Shown: positions 1 to 12,056, counted from the stretch's first letter. The stretch: DNA of 64,000 nucleotides from Octopus vulgaris (GCA_951406725.2 OX597834.1:31496001-31560000), one strand, 5' to 3'. The notes: generated by a model from the sequence alone, not told the origin. A program made the numbers and translations.

Positions 1-179
1 TACATATATATATATACATATGTATATAAGCATATATGTATATATGTATTTATATATATATGTATATGCATATATATATGTATACATATGTATATATGCA
101 TATATGTATATATACATATTTATATATATGCTATATATATATACATATATGCATATATATATATATATATGCATATATG

Positions 180-247
<68 letters not shown>

Positions 248-302
248 CATATATATATATATATACACATATATACATATATATATATATATACATATAT
301 GC

Positions 303-335
<33 letters not shown>

Positions 336-339
336 TATA
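1..339. repeat. Compound (TA)n/(TACA)/(TATG) microsatellite, representative of dozens of similar tracts in the window
   Basis: Directly visible dinucleotide repeat; the source of the poly-YI ORFs. Confidence 0.98.
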
Positions 340-676
340 GGGCATAGTGGCTGGCAGGTTGGCAGGTGAAGGGAGAGGAGAGAGGGAGAGCAGAGAGAGA
401 AAGAGTGAGAGTGCGTGGTGGGGTTATATTTACAATCAGTCAAGCTGCTGCTTATGTATTCTTCAAGGAGTGCCTCCTATTGTACTGCATCTTCCACTCA
501 CTTCACTCCCTCTCCTCCCACCCCTTCACTTCTCCTTAAATCTCATCCCCCACCACTAGCTGCTCTGTCTCCCACTCACCTCTCTCCTTCTTGCTCTCCA
601 CTCACCCCACTCCCCACAGCTTCTGCCACCAACTCTCACCCTTCTTTCCCTACCTCCTTGTATCTCCCTCTGCTCT

Positions 677-1056
677 GTGTGTGTGTGTCAGTGTATGTAT
701 GTGTGTGTGTGTGAAAGCCCATGTGTGTGTGTGAGTGTATGTATGTGTGTGTGAAAGCCCATGAGTGTGTGTGTGAGTGTATGTGTGTGTGAAAGCCCAT
801 GAGTGTGTGTGTGTGTGAGTGTATGTATGTGTGTGTGTGTGAGTGTATGTATGTGTGTGTGAAAGCCCATGAGTGTGTGTGTGTGTGAGTGTATGTATGT
901 GTTTGTGAAAGCCCATGAGTGTGTGTGTGTGTGAGTGTATGTATGTATGTGTGTGTGAAAGCCCATGAGTGTGTGTGTGTAAATGTATGTATGTGTGTGT
1001 AAATGTATGTATGTATGTGTGAAAGCCCATGTGCGTGTGTGTGTGTGTGTGTGTGT
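677..1056. repeat. Minisatellite: 7 copies of GAAAGCCCATG separated by variable (TG)n/TATG spacers
   Basis: GAAAGCCCAT starts at 713, 753, 791, 861, 907, 957 and 1021 (periods 38-70 bp). Confidence 0.92.
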
Positions 1057-1409
1057 CTCCCACCATATACTACACTTGATATATTGATGTGTGTCAGGGT
1101 GGTGGAGAGAGGAGGTGTTCCCTTTTCTTACAGCTGACACTCTGTACTCTATTGTTCTTCCCTCTCTCTCTGCCTTCCTTCCTTTCTCTCTTTCTTTCTC
1201 CCCCTCTCCTTCTATCTCTCTTTCTCTTCTGCTAAAAAATCTTAGTGGCGATGGTGGTTGTGGTGGTGTGTGCAGACATACATACTTATGTGTGTATGAC
1301 TGTGTATTATATAAATACATATTGCATATGTGTATATATATATATATATATATAAATTTTCTTACTCACGTATGTGTGTGTGTGAGTGTGTGTGTATATA
1401 TATATATAT

Positions 1410-1444
<35 letters not shown>

Positions 1445-1499
1445 TGTATGCACACACACTCATATTTGGTGCCGCAAATTGGGAAATAGAATTGAAAAC

Positions 1500-1597
<98 letters not shown>

Positions 1598-1669
1598 CAT
1601 AGATAGATATACATACATACGTATATGTGCGTACACATATTCACATGTACGTACACACACAAGCACACG

Positions 1670-1708
<39 letters not shown>

Positions 1709-2169
1709 CCATTAATACCATAGTTATGGAGTTATGGGGTCACTACGTGCCTCTGTCAACAATAAACCAAACTCTATTTTCTTTCTTTCTTCCCTGATAT
1801 TTTTCTCTAAAATATGTTTAATATGTAACTAACAGGAAAAAAAAAAAACCCACACAAAAAAAACAAAAAAAACAAAACAAACCAAAAATAAAATAAAATA
1901 AAATAAAATTCTAGCTATGACATACCATAAAAACATAAGTGTCAGATAAACAAAATATCCGTTGTTTTCTTGTCTTTTCTGTTGGCCATGTGATATGTTG
2001 TCTGGTCTCTTTGCATTTGGACATTGGCCTGACTACTCATTGTATCTCTACCATTGGATAGTCTGAGCTATCTTTAACATCCACTCTCTCCCTCTTTTTT
2101 TCTCTGTCTCTCCTGCTAACACTCTCTTCTTTCTGCTAACACACTCTCTCTCTCCCTCTCTTTTTCTTG

Positions 2170-2224
<55 letters not shown>

Positions 2225-2326
2225 ACCTCCACATGTTTTCAACTGTCTTTTTCCCTCCCATCGATTGGCTCTGGTACTTACCCCCACTTTAACTCTTCCT
2301 TCATCTATCTTTTTGCTTTCTATAAT

Positions 2327-2374
<48 letters not shown>

Positions 2375-3064
2375 ATGCACACATGCACACACTGACATTT
2401 ATACACACAGACATATACATATCACCATTACATATGCATGCCTCTCAATATACATATTCACATATGCAAGAATACATTTAATATACGTAGACATTTATAT
2501 AAGTATATATGTATATATACGTATACTTATAAGTATGCAAGTGTATGTATGCATATATGCATATATAGTTGCACCCATGCATACACACATGCATATATAC
2601 ATATCATGTGTATGCATGATTCTATGTACATATATATGAATATGCATGTATACATACATGTATGCATATATTGTTGCATACATGCATATATACACACATG
2701 TACAAATATATATATATATTCTTTTACTGGCTTCATACCATATATATATTTGTACTTGTGTGTCCGCATGCATGTTTGTGTGTGTGTGTCTGTGTGTGTG
2801 CATACATCTGTATGTAGTTAACAGCATGTTTCTAAGAGTTATCACAAACATGGTAATACCGTGAAAAATCTGAAAGAACTGGATACCTTTGTTAGAGTAA
2901 ACATGTTCAGGATTAAAGCTCTGGCCTAGAGCATTCCAATATTTAGATTTTTCAAGCTCCTATTTTGGACATTCCTCAGATTGTGTTGGTTTGTACAGCA
3001 GGGACCTTCTCTAGGTTAGAGTTTATAGGTATGGTTTCAACACATTGCTGACTTCCTGTTTGCA

Positions 3065-3660
3065 TAAAGGTTAAGGTCTATGGTCTATGAACTTCTGGCT
3101 TTGTAGATGTTTACATTTAGTCAGGTACGATATTTCTTCGCAGTCAGAAATAATGATCTTGTTTTGATGATGACACTTAGAAAAGAACTCTGATCATTTA
3201 ATTAATGCATCTGTTGTTTTGGTAGGATAATGCTTTTTTATCCATTGCAGAAGCTATAGAATTTATAGCAGTGGTTGTACATGTTGCAGAAGAACAATAT
3301 AGACCAACTGGTATTAAAGATAGTAATCAACAAGGAGTGTAGAGTCAATAATTATAGTTTAACATATTGTTGGCTTCCAGTTTTGTCTTGCTTAATGGAT
3401 AAAGTTCTATGAGATTCCAGCTTTTCAAATGCTTACATTTAGTTTGGCTTGATATTTCTATTGTGGACAGAAATAATGATTTTGTTTTTGTGATGACACT
3501 TAAAAATTAGCTCTGATCTTTTGTTTAAAGCACCTGTTGCTTTGGTGAGGAATTTTTATACCTTTCAGAAGCCACAGAAATTGTAGCATAGATTGTACTT
3601 GTTGAAATACAGAATAAAATTGGTGGTATTAAAGTTGTAAATGTTATAATCTTTTAGAAT
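3065..3660. repeat. Old diverged tandem duplication, period ~323 bp
   Basis: TTACATTTAGT, CAGAAATAATGAT (3145 and 3468), GATGACACTTA, CTCTGATC and TGGTATTAAAG recur colinearly. Confidence 0.8.
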
Positions 3661-3924
3661 ATTAGATAACTTGATAATGTTGTGCAGTTACTTTTGTCTC
3701 AATGTCTAAAGGCTTAAGTTCTGACTCTAAAAACTGCCCTCAAACATTCCAATATACAATGCAGGGGTTTGTATGTCATATGGAACTGACACTATAGCTT
3801 GGTAGATAAGTGATTCAGCTTTGCATAAATTGTCCAAAGGGAATAACCCTTTAATAAGTTACATAATAATGTATGGAATTTGTTTACAGGTCCTTGAGCC
3901 TATTAAGTGGATTGTAATGCCTGT

Positions 3925-4790
3925 TCATCATCATCATCATCATCATCATTGTCATTGTCATCAACATTTAACATCTGTTTTCCATGCTTGCATAGGCTGG
4001 ATGGTTTGACAGAGTCTGACAAGGTACAGAGTTGCAGCAGACACCAATGTCAGTTTTGACATAGTTTCTATGACTGGATGCCCTTCCTAACATCAACAAC
4101 TTGTTTATTGGGTGTTCTGGGTGCATTCTTCATGGCACCAGCACTAGTGAGGTCACCAAGTAACTTGCAGGACAAAATAAAGAAGGGAAAGAGGAAAAAA
4201 AAAATCTGAAACCTCCTCAACTGAGTGAGATCGTATTTGAAAAAGTGGGCGGTGACTTCATGCTATGGTTGATGGCTAAAATATGATAGAAGGAAGAAAC
4301 AAGCACAGATGTCTTGCTACGAAGGAGATGCATGGCTACTCTACATTATGCAAGGGATGATGTGAGTAAAGTGAAGGGAGTTAGAGATGGTGGATCAAAC
4401 GTTTTGACAGGATCCAGTAATCCACAGAGTTATGTCAGGTTCTAATGCCAGGTTTTGGCATGGTTTCTACACCTGGGTCCTCTTCCTGACCCCAACCACT
4501 TTACAGAGTGTACTGGGTGCTTTTAATGTGGCATCAGCACTAGTGAGATTGCCAAGGAATTTGCAAGAGAAAGTGAAGAAAGTAAAAAGGAAATGGGAAA
4601 CGGTGCCTTTGACTAAATGGAAGTGTATTTGAGTGATGGGGGACGTGTCTTTATGCCAAGCGTTGAAGGCTAAAGTATGATGAAAGGGCAGGCATAGAGG
4701 TCTTGTCATAGAGGAGATACACGACTATCCCACAGTATCCAAGGGTGGCTGAGAGTAGCTGGAAGGGCGATGGTGGTGCCAGGGTACCTG
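3925..4790 (-). mobile_element. Old, diverged retroposon copies of the '(GAT)n-tail' family (family B)
   Basis: (CAT)n, then TTAACATCTGTTTTCCATGC...CTGGATGCCCTTCCTAAC, matching younger copies at 19.8, 39.0 and 41.0 kb. The body is partly duplicated at 4.45-4.79 kb. Confidence 0.7.
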
Positions 4791-5116
4791 CAATAATGTT
4801 CCCCATATTAGTCATGCAGCTATCGATATATATTTTGGGCTATGTAGCATATTTGGTTATCTTTGATTTTTATTTTTTTGTTTTGAAAATTCTATTACAT
4901 TGATGAATCATTGATTATTTAAAAACAATATTTTAAACTCTTAAAACTCGATATAGACCATGTAAGAGGGATGCTGTAGTCTTGTAAAACATAAACGAAT
5001 GCTGTTCACTTTGAATGTTTGCATGAATATTGAACAGTTTTTTTTTTTTGTATAAAACTAATTGATTCTGACATCCAAGGACACACGCATGCACATACGC
5101 ATACGTGCACGCGCGT

Positions 5117-5160
<44 letters not shown>

Positions 5161-5264
5161 GGAATTTGCTTCCCTATCATCAGGTTTCAGGTTTAAGGCC
5201 AACCAAAGCTTTGCAGATGGACTTTGCAGCTGGAAACTGATAGAAATCCATTGTGCGTGCGTGC

Positions 5265-5313
<49 letters not shown>

Positions 5314-5674
5314 TGTGCGTGCGCGCGCGTGTGTGTGCGTGTGTGTGTGTGTGTGTATAGGTGCAGACATGGCAGTGGGTTTAGAAACTCGATTCCTAAC
5401 CATGTAATCATATGGTATCAGGTTCGGTCCCGAGATTTGGTAGAGTGGACAGTGAAAATGACCCATAATATATATGTGTATGTGTATATGTGTGCATGCG
5501 TGTGCGTATGTGTTTGAGTGGACCCTCTTATCTTGACATCAAGTGATGTTTGTAACTCAGCATCACCATCAAACAAGCAATGCTTTTTATTTCAAGTCTT
5601 CCACAAAAACAGGTCTAGTCATGGTCTAAGATACAACACATTAAAAACCAAATGGTATATCTTTTTTCTACCCC

Positions 5675-5676
<2 letters not shown>

Positions 5677-5705
<29 letters not shown>

Positions 5706-5724
5706 CTTCTTCTTCTTCTTCTTC

Positions 5725-5756
<32 letters not shown>

Positions 5757-5802
5757 CTTCTTCTTCTTCTTCTTCTTCTTCTTCTTCTTCTTTCTTCTTC
5801 TT
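5677..5802. repeat. (CTT)n microsatellite
   Basis: Directly visible. Confidence 0.97.
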
Positions 5803-5981
5803 CGTTTTAGATGTGTTTGCTCTTCAATTTGTTGTCACCTCGACGTCCAAACCTTAACAATCTCAACATTTTCGTTTTGACTTTCTTTTTAAATTCTTCA
5901 ATGCCACCAAACTTGACGCTGTCAACCGATACAGACACATGGTACTCATTCATAAAAATACACAGCACCACATTTGGTATC

Positions 5982-6117
5982 AAGAAATATCCTATACATA
6001 TGCTGAATTCGTCTTGACATGTTATACCTGCTTGTAGGATGTGGTCAGGGTACCTACATACTATGAGTCAGTACAACATGTCAAGAGTGAGTCAGTATAT
6101 GTAGCAGGATATTTCTT
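5982..6117. repeat. Imperfect inverted repeat (~46-bp arms, ~43-bp spacer), foldback/MITE-like remnant
   Basis: AAGAAATATCCT..TACATAT..TCTTGACATGTTATAC (5982-6027) versus GTACAACATGTCAAGA..ATATGTA..AGGATATTTCTT (6071-6117). Confidence 0.75.
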
Positions 6118-6127
6118 TACACCGAAC

Positions 6128-6459
6128 ACCCTTTGGTCATGAATGACCATGGGATTGCACCTAGAAAGTTACCCTCTGAGGCACAAGTCCGGGCAAGGCT
6201 GTTTGTGGAAAGCCAGCAGTCACCCATGCATACCAGCCTCCTTTCTCCACATCACCGATGTTATCCCAGGAAAGGCGAAGGGGCCGATACAGCTTGGCAC
6301 CAGTGATGTCACAACTCATTTCTACAGCTGAGTGAAATGGAGCAATGTGAAATAAAGTGTCTTGTTCAAGAACACAACACACAGCTTCGTCTGAGAATCG
6401 AACTCACAACCTCATGATTGTAAGCTCGACATGCTAACCACTGAGCCATGCGCCTTCAC
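6128..6459 (-). mobile_element. tRNA-derived SINE, family C, near full length
   Basis: Minus-strand head has A box TGGCTCAGTGG and B box GTTCGATTC. A second, headless copy lies at ~50459-50670. Confidence 0.85.
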
Positions 6460-6477
6460 ATTATGTGTGTGTGTGTG

Positions 6478-6573
<96 letters not shown>

Positions 6574-6652
6574 ATTATTATCGTTATTATTAAGTTTGAA
6601 AATGGAGAGATCTAATGGATACAAATTGATATATTAATTTAATTAACATCTT

Positions 6653-6756
6653 CACCTACAATTGTTTTATTTCTCAACCCAAATTAAAACTACAAAACGT
6701 ATATAAATATATAATCTTGCATTTTAAAATATCTTGGATGGAGAATCATCAATGTG
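6653..6756 (-). ncRNA. Degenerate type I hammerhead-ribozyme-like motif with long stem II
   Basis: Minus strand: caca-TTGATGA-ttctccatccaa...ttgggttgagaaat-AAAAC-AATT-GTA-ggtg. It has two core substitutions and shares ACAATTGTAGGT with the 10.2-kb motif. Confidence 0.45.
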
Positions 6757-6904
6757 TACAATAAGACAATACAAGGATTACATTACGATCTGTTGGAATG
6801 CTCAGAATATGTATTCATGTTTATTATGTGGGTATGTGTATGTGTGTGTGCATGCATGCATTAAAATACTTGTGTATATATATATATATATGATACACAA
6901 GTAA

Positions 6905-7135
6905 TCCTTTTCCCTATAGGCACAAGGCCTGAAATTTTGGGGGAGGGGGTTAATCAATAACATTGAGACTCCCCACCCCACCGCCAGGATGCAACTGTTA
7001 CTTATTTCATCGACCTCAAAAGGATGAAAGGCAAAGTTAACCTAGGTAGAATTTGAAGTCAGATCATGAAAGTGGGTTAAAATGCTGCTAAGCATTTTGC
7101 TCGGCATGTTCACAATTCTGCCAGCTCACCACCTT
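6905..7135 (-). mobile_element. SINE family E, with a central block resembling the Nin domain of invertebrate SINEs
   Basis: Minus strand GGTGAGCTGGCAGAA...ACTTTGCCTTTCATCCTTTTGAGGTCGATGAAATAAGTA. Further copies at ~22.0, 45.4, 50.9-52.7 and 59.7-60.2 kb. Confidence 0.75.
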
Positions 7136-7136
7136 G

Positions 7137-7210
<74 letters not shown>

Positions 7211-7232
7211 CATACATACATACATACATACA

Positions 7233-7283
<51 letters not shown>

Positions 7284-7295
7284 ATATATACATAC

Positions 7296-7341
<46 letters not shown>

Positions 7342-8206
7342 CATATATATATATATATACACATGCATATATATGTATAAATAGCAATTCTGTACATTCT
7401 CATTGGTTACTTAGTATGCTTATCTTCTGAAACTTATGTTTTCTGTTTCCGATTTTTTTTTATACCTAATATTGTATTCGTTTTTTTTTTTTAAACTACT
7501 TTTTCCTTTTGATTGTGGATAAACTCAACTTGACAATACATTCTTGGTCTTCAGCACCTGAGGCATAATGTGTAGCTTTAAAAACACGTCTTTATCACTT
7601 GTAAATTTTTGGTGTTACATTAACCAATCAGATCTGCTGACAACATATTCACACAGACTAACAACCTATGCCTCACTTGTACATTTTAAAAACATTTTAT
7701 TTATTTATCTATTTTATTTTATTTTTATTATTATTTTCCTCTTTTTTTAAATACTTCTTTTTATTTTTTTTTATTCAATATATCTAATATTTATATATTT
7801 TATTCCATTACTGAAATACAGAAATGATTTTTTGGTAAAAATCAAACACACACACACATACACATACATACACGTGCACATGCACAACCCACACACATTT
7901 CATGCATGTGTGCATGTGTGGTGTGCATGTATGTGTATGTGTGTCTTTCTGTATTTATATATGTGTGTCTATATATATGTGTGTGCATATATATTGATGC
8001 ACATACGTATATGTATACAAATACATATTTGTATGTATGCATATACATGTGAATATATGTGTATGTGTGTGCAGATATATATGTGTGTGTGTGTGTGTGC
8101 AGATATATATATATATGTGTGTGTGTGTGTGTTTGTATATGGCATATATATATATATACACACATACATATATATATATATACATACATATATATGTGTA
8201 TGTGTG

Positions 8207-8259
<53 letters not shown>

Positions 8260-8490
8260 GATGCGCACATGCATATGAAAGGTGTGTTTTATGTACAAAT
8301 ATACATAAACAATAAGATTTGAACTGAAGATGAAGTCTGTAGCAAAAGATAAACTATAGATGAGGTTTATTTTCGCAAAGAAAAATTATGAGTGACTTTG
8401 CAGTTTTGGTAGTTGTCAGCCTTATCAGATTGTCTACATACATATATGTGTGTATGTGCACATGTGCATGCATTCTCTGTGTGTCTACAA

Positions 8491-8555
<65 letters not shown>

Positions 8556-8605
8556 GGCGTGTGTGCGTCTGTATATGTATATATATATATGTATATATAT
8601 TGTGA

Positions 8606-8786
8606 GAATTTACATAACAAAACAAAAGATGATGACGGGTGTGTAAACAACAAACAGATGTATTAGTTTAATGCTCAGGAAGTGAGAAAGTCTTTTATGT
8701 TTCGAGCCTACGCTCTTCGACAGAAAGGAACACAGAAATAAACAGAGAGAGAGAAAATAGAAAAAAGTTTAGTGGCTAACGATCTA
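8606..8786 (-). mobile_element. ~180-bp hammerhead-bearing short element (Penelope-like terminal-repeat derivative)
   Basis: Minus 8727-8692: cttt-CTGTCGA-a-GAGC-gtag-GCTC-GAAAC-ATA-aaag, followed by TTCCTGAGC..TAATAC as in the 40.5, 43.2 and 43.7 kb copies. Flanked by (TA)n. Confidence 0.7.
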
Positions 8787-8818
8787 TATAAATAAATATA
8801 TGTATATATATATATAAA

Positions 8819-9019
8819 ATGGTATTTTTATATAAGCTTAAGGCTTATGGTGATCACTGTGCATTGACTAAGGAAAATAGTCTAATATAAGCCCTTGACA
8901 GAATGCGGATAGGAAAGCATCCTTTTCTGTCAAGTGCTTATATGCCCCTTAATTAGACTATTTTCCTTATTCATTGCATGGTGATCGCCATAAGCCTTAA
9001 GCTTATATAAAAATCCCAT
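8819..9019. mobile_element. ~200-bp near-perfect palindrome (foldback/MITE-like)
   Basis: Outer arms 8819-8886 and 8952-9019 match at about 62/68. Inner arms ATAAGCCCTTGACAGAA and TTCTGTCAAGTGCTTAT match at 16/17. Confidence 0.85.
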
Positions 9020-9599
9020 TATTACTATTTACAGGATTGTAAAATATGATGCTGCATAACAAAACCATTCACACCAAAAGCATGTATATATATAAATATG
9101 AATGAATGAAAGCTTTAGGTTAATTAAAACATATTTCAACTTCTTAAAGCAAATTCACTACAGTTGCCATGGAGGAAAGATGCTCTCTTATGGTAAAAGG
9201 TGTAAAACACTGTATGCATATATTCAATCTGAATGCATCGCTCAAACTACCTAGGATTATACTTAAGAAAGTATACCTTCACAAAAATACGGAAAAACCT
9301 CCATACCTTCCAGAACAAGATGAATTGTGAACTTTATTCGTCTATCTTTATTCTCCTATCTACTGTGAATTCTCGGTCTGGAACTTTCCTGCGTACACAC
9401 CATATGTCTGATAACGGAATACCCAGCGTCTGAAGCTGTTGACCCACCACCTGGCTTATCCCATAAACAGCTGTAAAGCATTACTTTCTTCTACTTCTCC
9501 ATTTTTGATTCACCTTTACTTTAATTAAATATTCTAAATTACTTGAGGTGCTCATCCTGCCTTGGTTTTCTTTTCCTTTTCCTTTAATATATATAAATT

Positions 9600-9785
9600 A
9601 TTATTATTAATTCATAACATAGTGTAAGTAAAAATGCACCAGAGTCTTTAATCATCAGTCAAGGACCTCAGACAGATAATGCCCAATAATGCACAACAAG
9701 GACCTCAGACAGATAATGCCCAATAAGGTAGCCTTTTGCAAGACATCAATCTTGCATGAGATTTCCAGTTGCCTTATTGCTATCA
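9600..9785 (-). pseudogene. 3' remnant of a Dong/R4-like non-LTR retrotransposon (C-terminal end of the restriction-like endonuclease region)
   Basis: Minus translation IRQLEISCKIDVLQKATLLG, with (TAA)n on both sides and an internal 30-bp duplication CAAGGACCTCAGACAGATAATGCCCAATAA. Confidence 0.55.
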
Positions 9786-9837
9786 TTATTATTATTATTA
9801 TTATTATTATTTTCGTCGTCGTCGTCGCCGCCGTTGC

Positions 9838-9868
<31 letters not shown>

Positions 9869-9904
9869 GTTATCATCATCATCATCAACATCATCATCAT
9901 CGTT

Positions 9905-9945
<41 letters not shown>

Positions 9946-10029
9946 TATCATCATCATCATTATTATTATTATTATTATTATTATCATCATTATTATTATT
10001 ATTATTATTATTATTGTTGTTGTTGTTGT
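9786..10029. repeat. Compound (TTA)n/(CAT)n/(GTT)n microsatellite
   Basis: Directly visible. Confidence 0.97.
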
Positions 10030-10134
10030 GAGGATATAAATACTTCTTGAAGGGATTTTAAAGGGATGTCGGCATCCAAGTCTACCGATGATCACTCAGC
10101 CCATTGAGGCGTGATTCCTTTTTCTGTTGATTTC

Positions 10135-10248
10135 TAACCCTGGTGAAATCTTCAATTCACTATATTCAAAATGCATCTTTAATTTAATTTAATTTAATCT
10201 AACTATTTGTAATTTGAATTAATTGAACATGGAAACAATTGTAGGTTA
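10135..10248 (+). ncRNA. Type I hammerhead-ribozyme-like motif with long stem II and palindromic stem III
   Basis: TAACC-CTGGTGA-aatcttcaatt...aattgaacatg-GAAAC-AATT-GTA-GGTTA. Stem I is 5/5, stem II is 9/11, and the core has one change from CUGANGA. Confidence 0.6.
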
Positions 10249-10382
10249 TAAGAAATTGAGGTTATTTGAAATTGGATTTGTGTTAATAAGTTGATGTCTA
10301 TCTGTTGATTTCTCCATTTTCTTTGTGTGTGTGTGTGTGTGTTGTGTGTGTGTGTGTGTGTAGTCAATTCAAATATACAAGC

Positions 10383-10535
10383 AATTCAAATAAATGAATG
10401 AAAATGGACAACATGAGGATGCGCATAAGAAATGTATCAGATTGAAAGGAGAGAGTTTGATGTTTTGAGCATAGCTCTTCATTGGAAAAGAATAAGGTAA
10501 AAAAGTCGAAAGAAGGAAAAGAAATCACCAACAGT
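10383..10535 (-). mobile_element. Degenerate copy of the ~180-bp hammerhead-bearing element
   Basis: Minus 10488-10455: ttt-CCAATGA-a-GAGC-tat-GCTC-AAAAC-ATC-aaac. Confidence 0.5.
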
Positions 10536-10542
10536 ATATATA

Positions 10543-10590
<48 letters not shown>

Positions 10591-10612
10591 AGTGGGTGTG
10601 GGGGGTGTATTG

Positions 10613-10823
10613 TTTTGTTTACTTGTTTCAGTCATGCTGGAGCACTGCCTTTAGTCGGAGAAATAAACCCCAGGACTTATTCTTTGTGAGCCTCGTACTT
10701 ATACTATCAGTTCTTTTGCCAAACCGCTAAGTTACAGGGATATAAACACACCAACATTGGTTGTCAAGCAATGGTGGGAGGACAAACACAAACACAGACA
10801 CACATAATTATATGCATATACAT

Positions 10824-10892
<69 letters not shown>

Positions 10893-10930
10893 GCTTCTTT
10901 CATTTCTGTCTATGAAATCCAATCACAAAT
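10613..10930 (-). mobile_element. SINE family A, 5'-truncated
   Basis: Family A tail and body with the internal (TA)n tract; no head. Confidence 0.8.
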
Positions 10931-10945
10931 ATGTCTTTTTCGTAT

Positions 10946-11007
10946 TTTCTACTGAAGAAGAAAAAATCTATTATGAAATTAATTCCGAAATTGCTTCAAT
11001 ATAGAAA
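10946..11007 (+). ncRNA. Type I hammerhead-ribozyme-like motif, nearly intact
   Basis: TTTCTA-CTGAAGA-agaa...ttcc-GAA-ATTG-ctt-CAAT-A-TAGAAA. Stem I is 6 bp and stem III 4 bp; the AUA triplet predicts cleavage after 11001. Stem II is weak with an A:C closing pair. Confidence 0.6.
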
Positions 11008-11172
11008 TAATGAACTTTTAAAAAAAATTCTTTTGGCTGGCTTTCCTCGACTTCAGCTCTACATGTTTTCTGTAGCAAGTAAATAATATGTGGAAATTGA
11101 CGATTTAAAAGTCTGTTATCAGCATATTGGCATAAAAATAATTTTCTTTAGCCCTTGTTTATAAGTTGTTTG

Positions 11173-11214
<42 letters not shown>

Positions 11215-11215
11215 C

Positions 11216-11294
<79 letters not shown>

Positions 11295-11503
11295 CATAAA
11301 TATACATATATATGTATATACATATATATGCATACATATACAATCACGCACCACACACACACACATATATATATTTTTGGAGAGAAGATTTATATATATA
11401 TCGACAGATGAGTGCATGGATTGATGGATAAATGAATGGAAAAAGTATAGATCCACAAATAGACAGATAGACTGACAGATAAGTAAATAGATAGGTAGAT
11501 AAG

Positions 11504-11563
<60 letters not shown>

Positions 11564-12056
11564 CACATACATACAAATACATACATACAAATACATACAA
11601 ACATGAAATTACACAGGGGCACTCTAAGCATTATATATATATATATACATACATACATATATACATATATGCATACATACACATGCACCTATATACATTA
11701 TATATTATATAATTTTTTACACACACACACACACACACATGCACACACTCCTGCATAGACCCGCATGTTCTGCCTAAATTCCTATAGAGAATATGCTGTG
11801 GTTACTGTGAAGCGACACTGCAGCCAGCTGTCGTGTGCAGCAGCAGCAGCACCGGCAGCAAAAACTACAGTAGTGCAATGCCTCCTTTTATCGATCCAAC
11901 TCCTGCTATGCAGTCTATCTACGCTTGGCATGTTCATCCCGGAGTACACTGGGACTAGTGTGCATTAGATGGGAGTATAGCAGAATGGGGATGGCGGGGG
12001 AGTGGTACAGTGCACGTGTGCGAATGTGTATATATGTTTGTGTGTGTGTGTGTATG

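Noticed and set aside
677-1056. CRISPR-like repeat-spacer appearance
   Set aside because: The repeat is only 11 bp, the spacers are TG microsatellite, the context is eukaryotic, and there are no cas genes.
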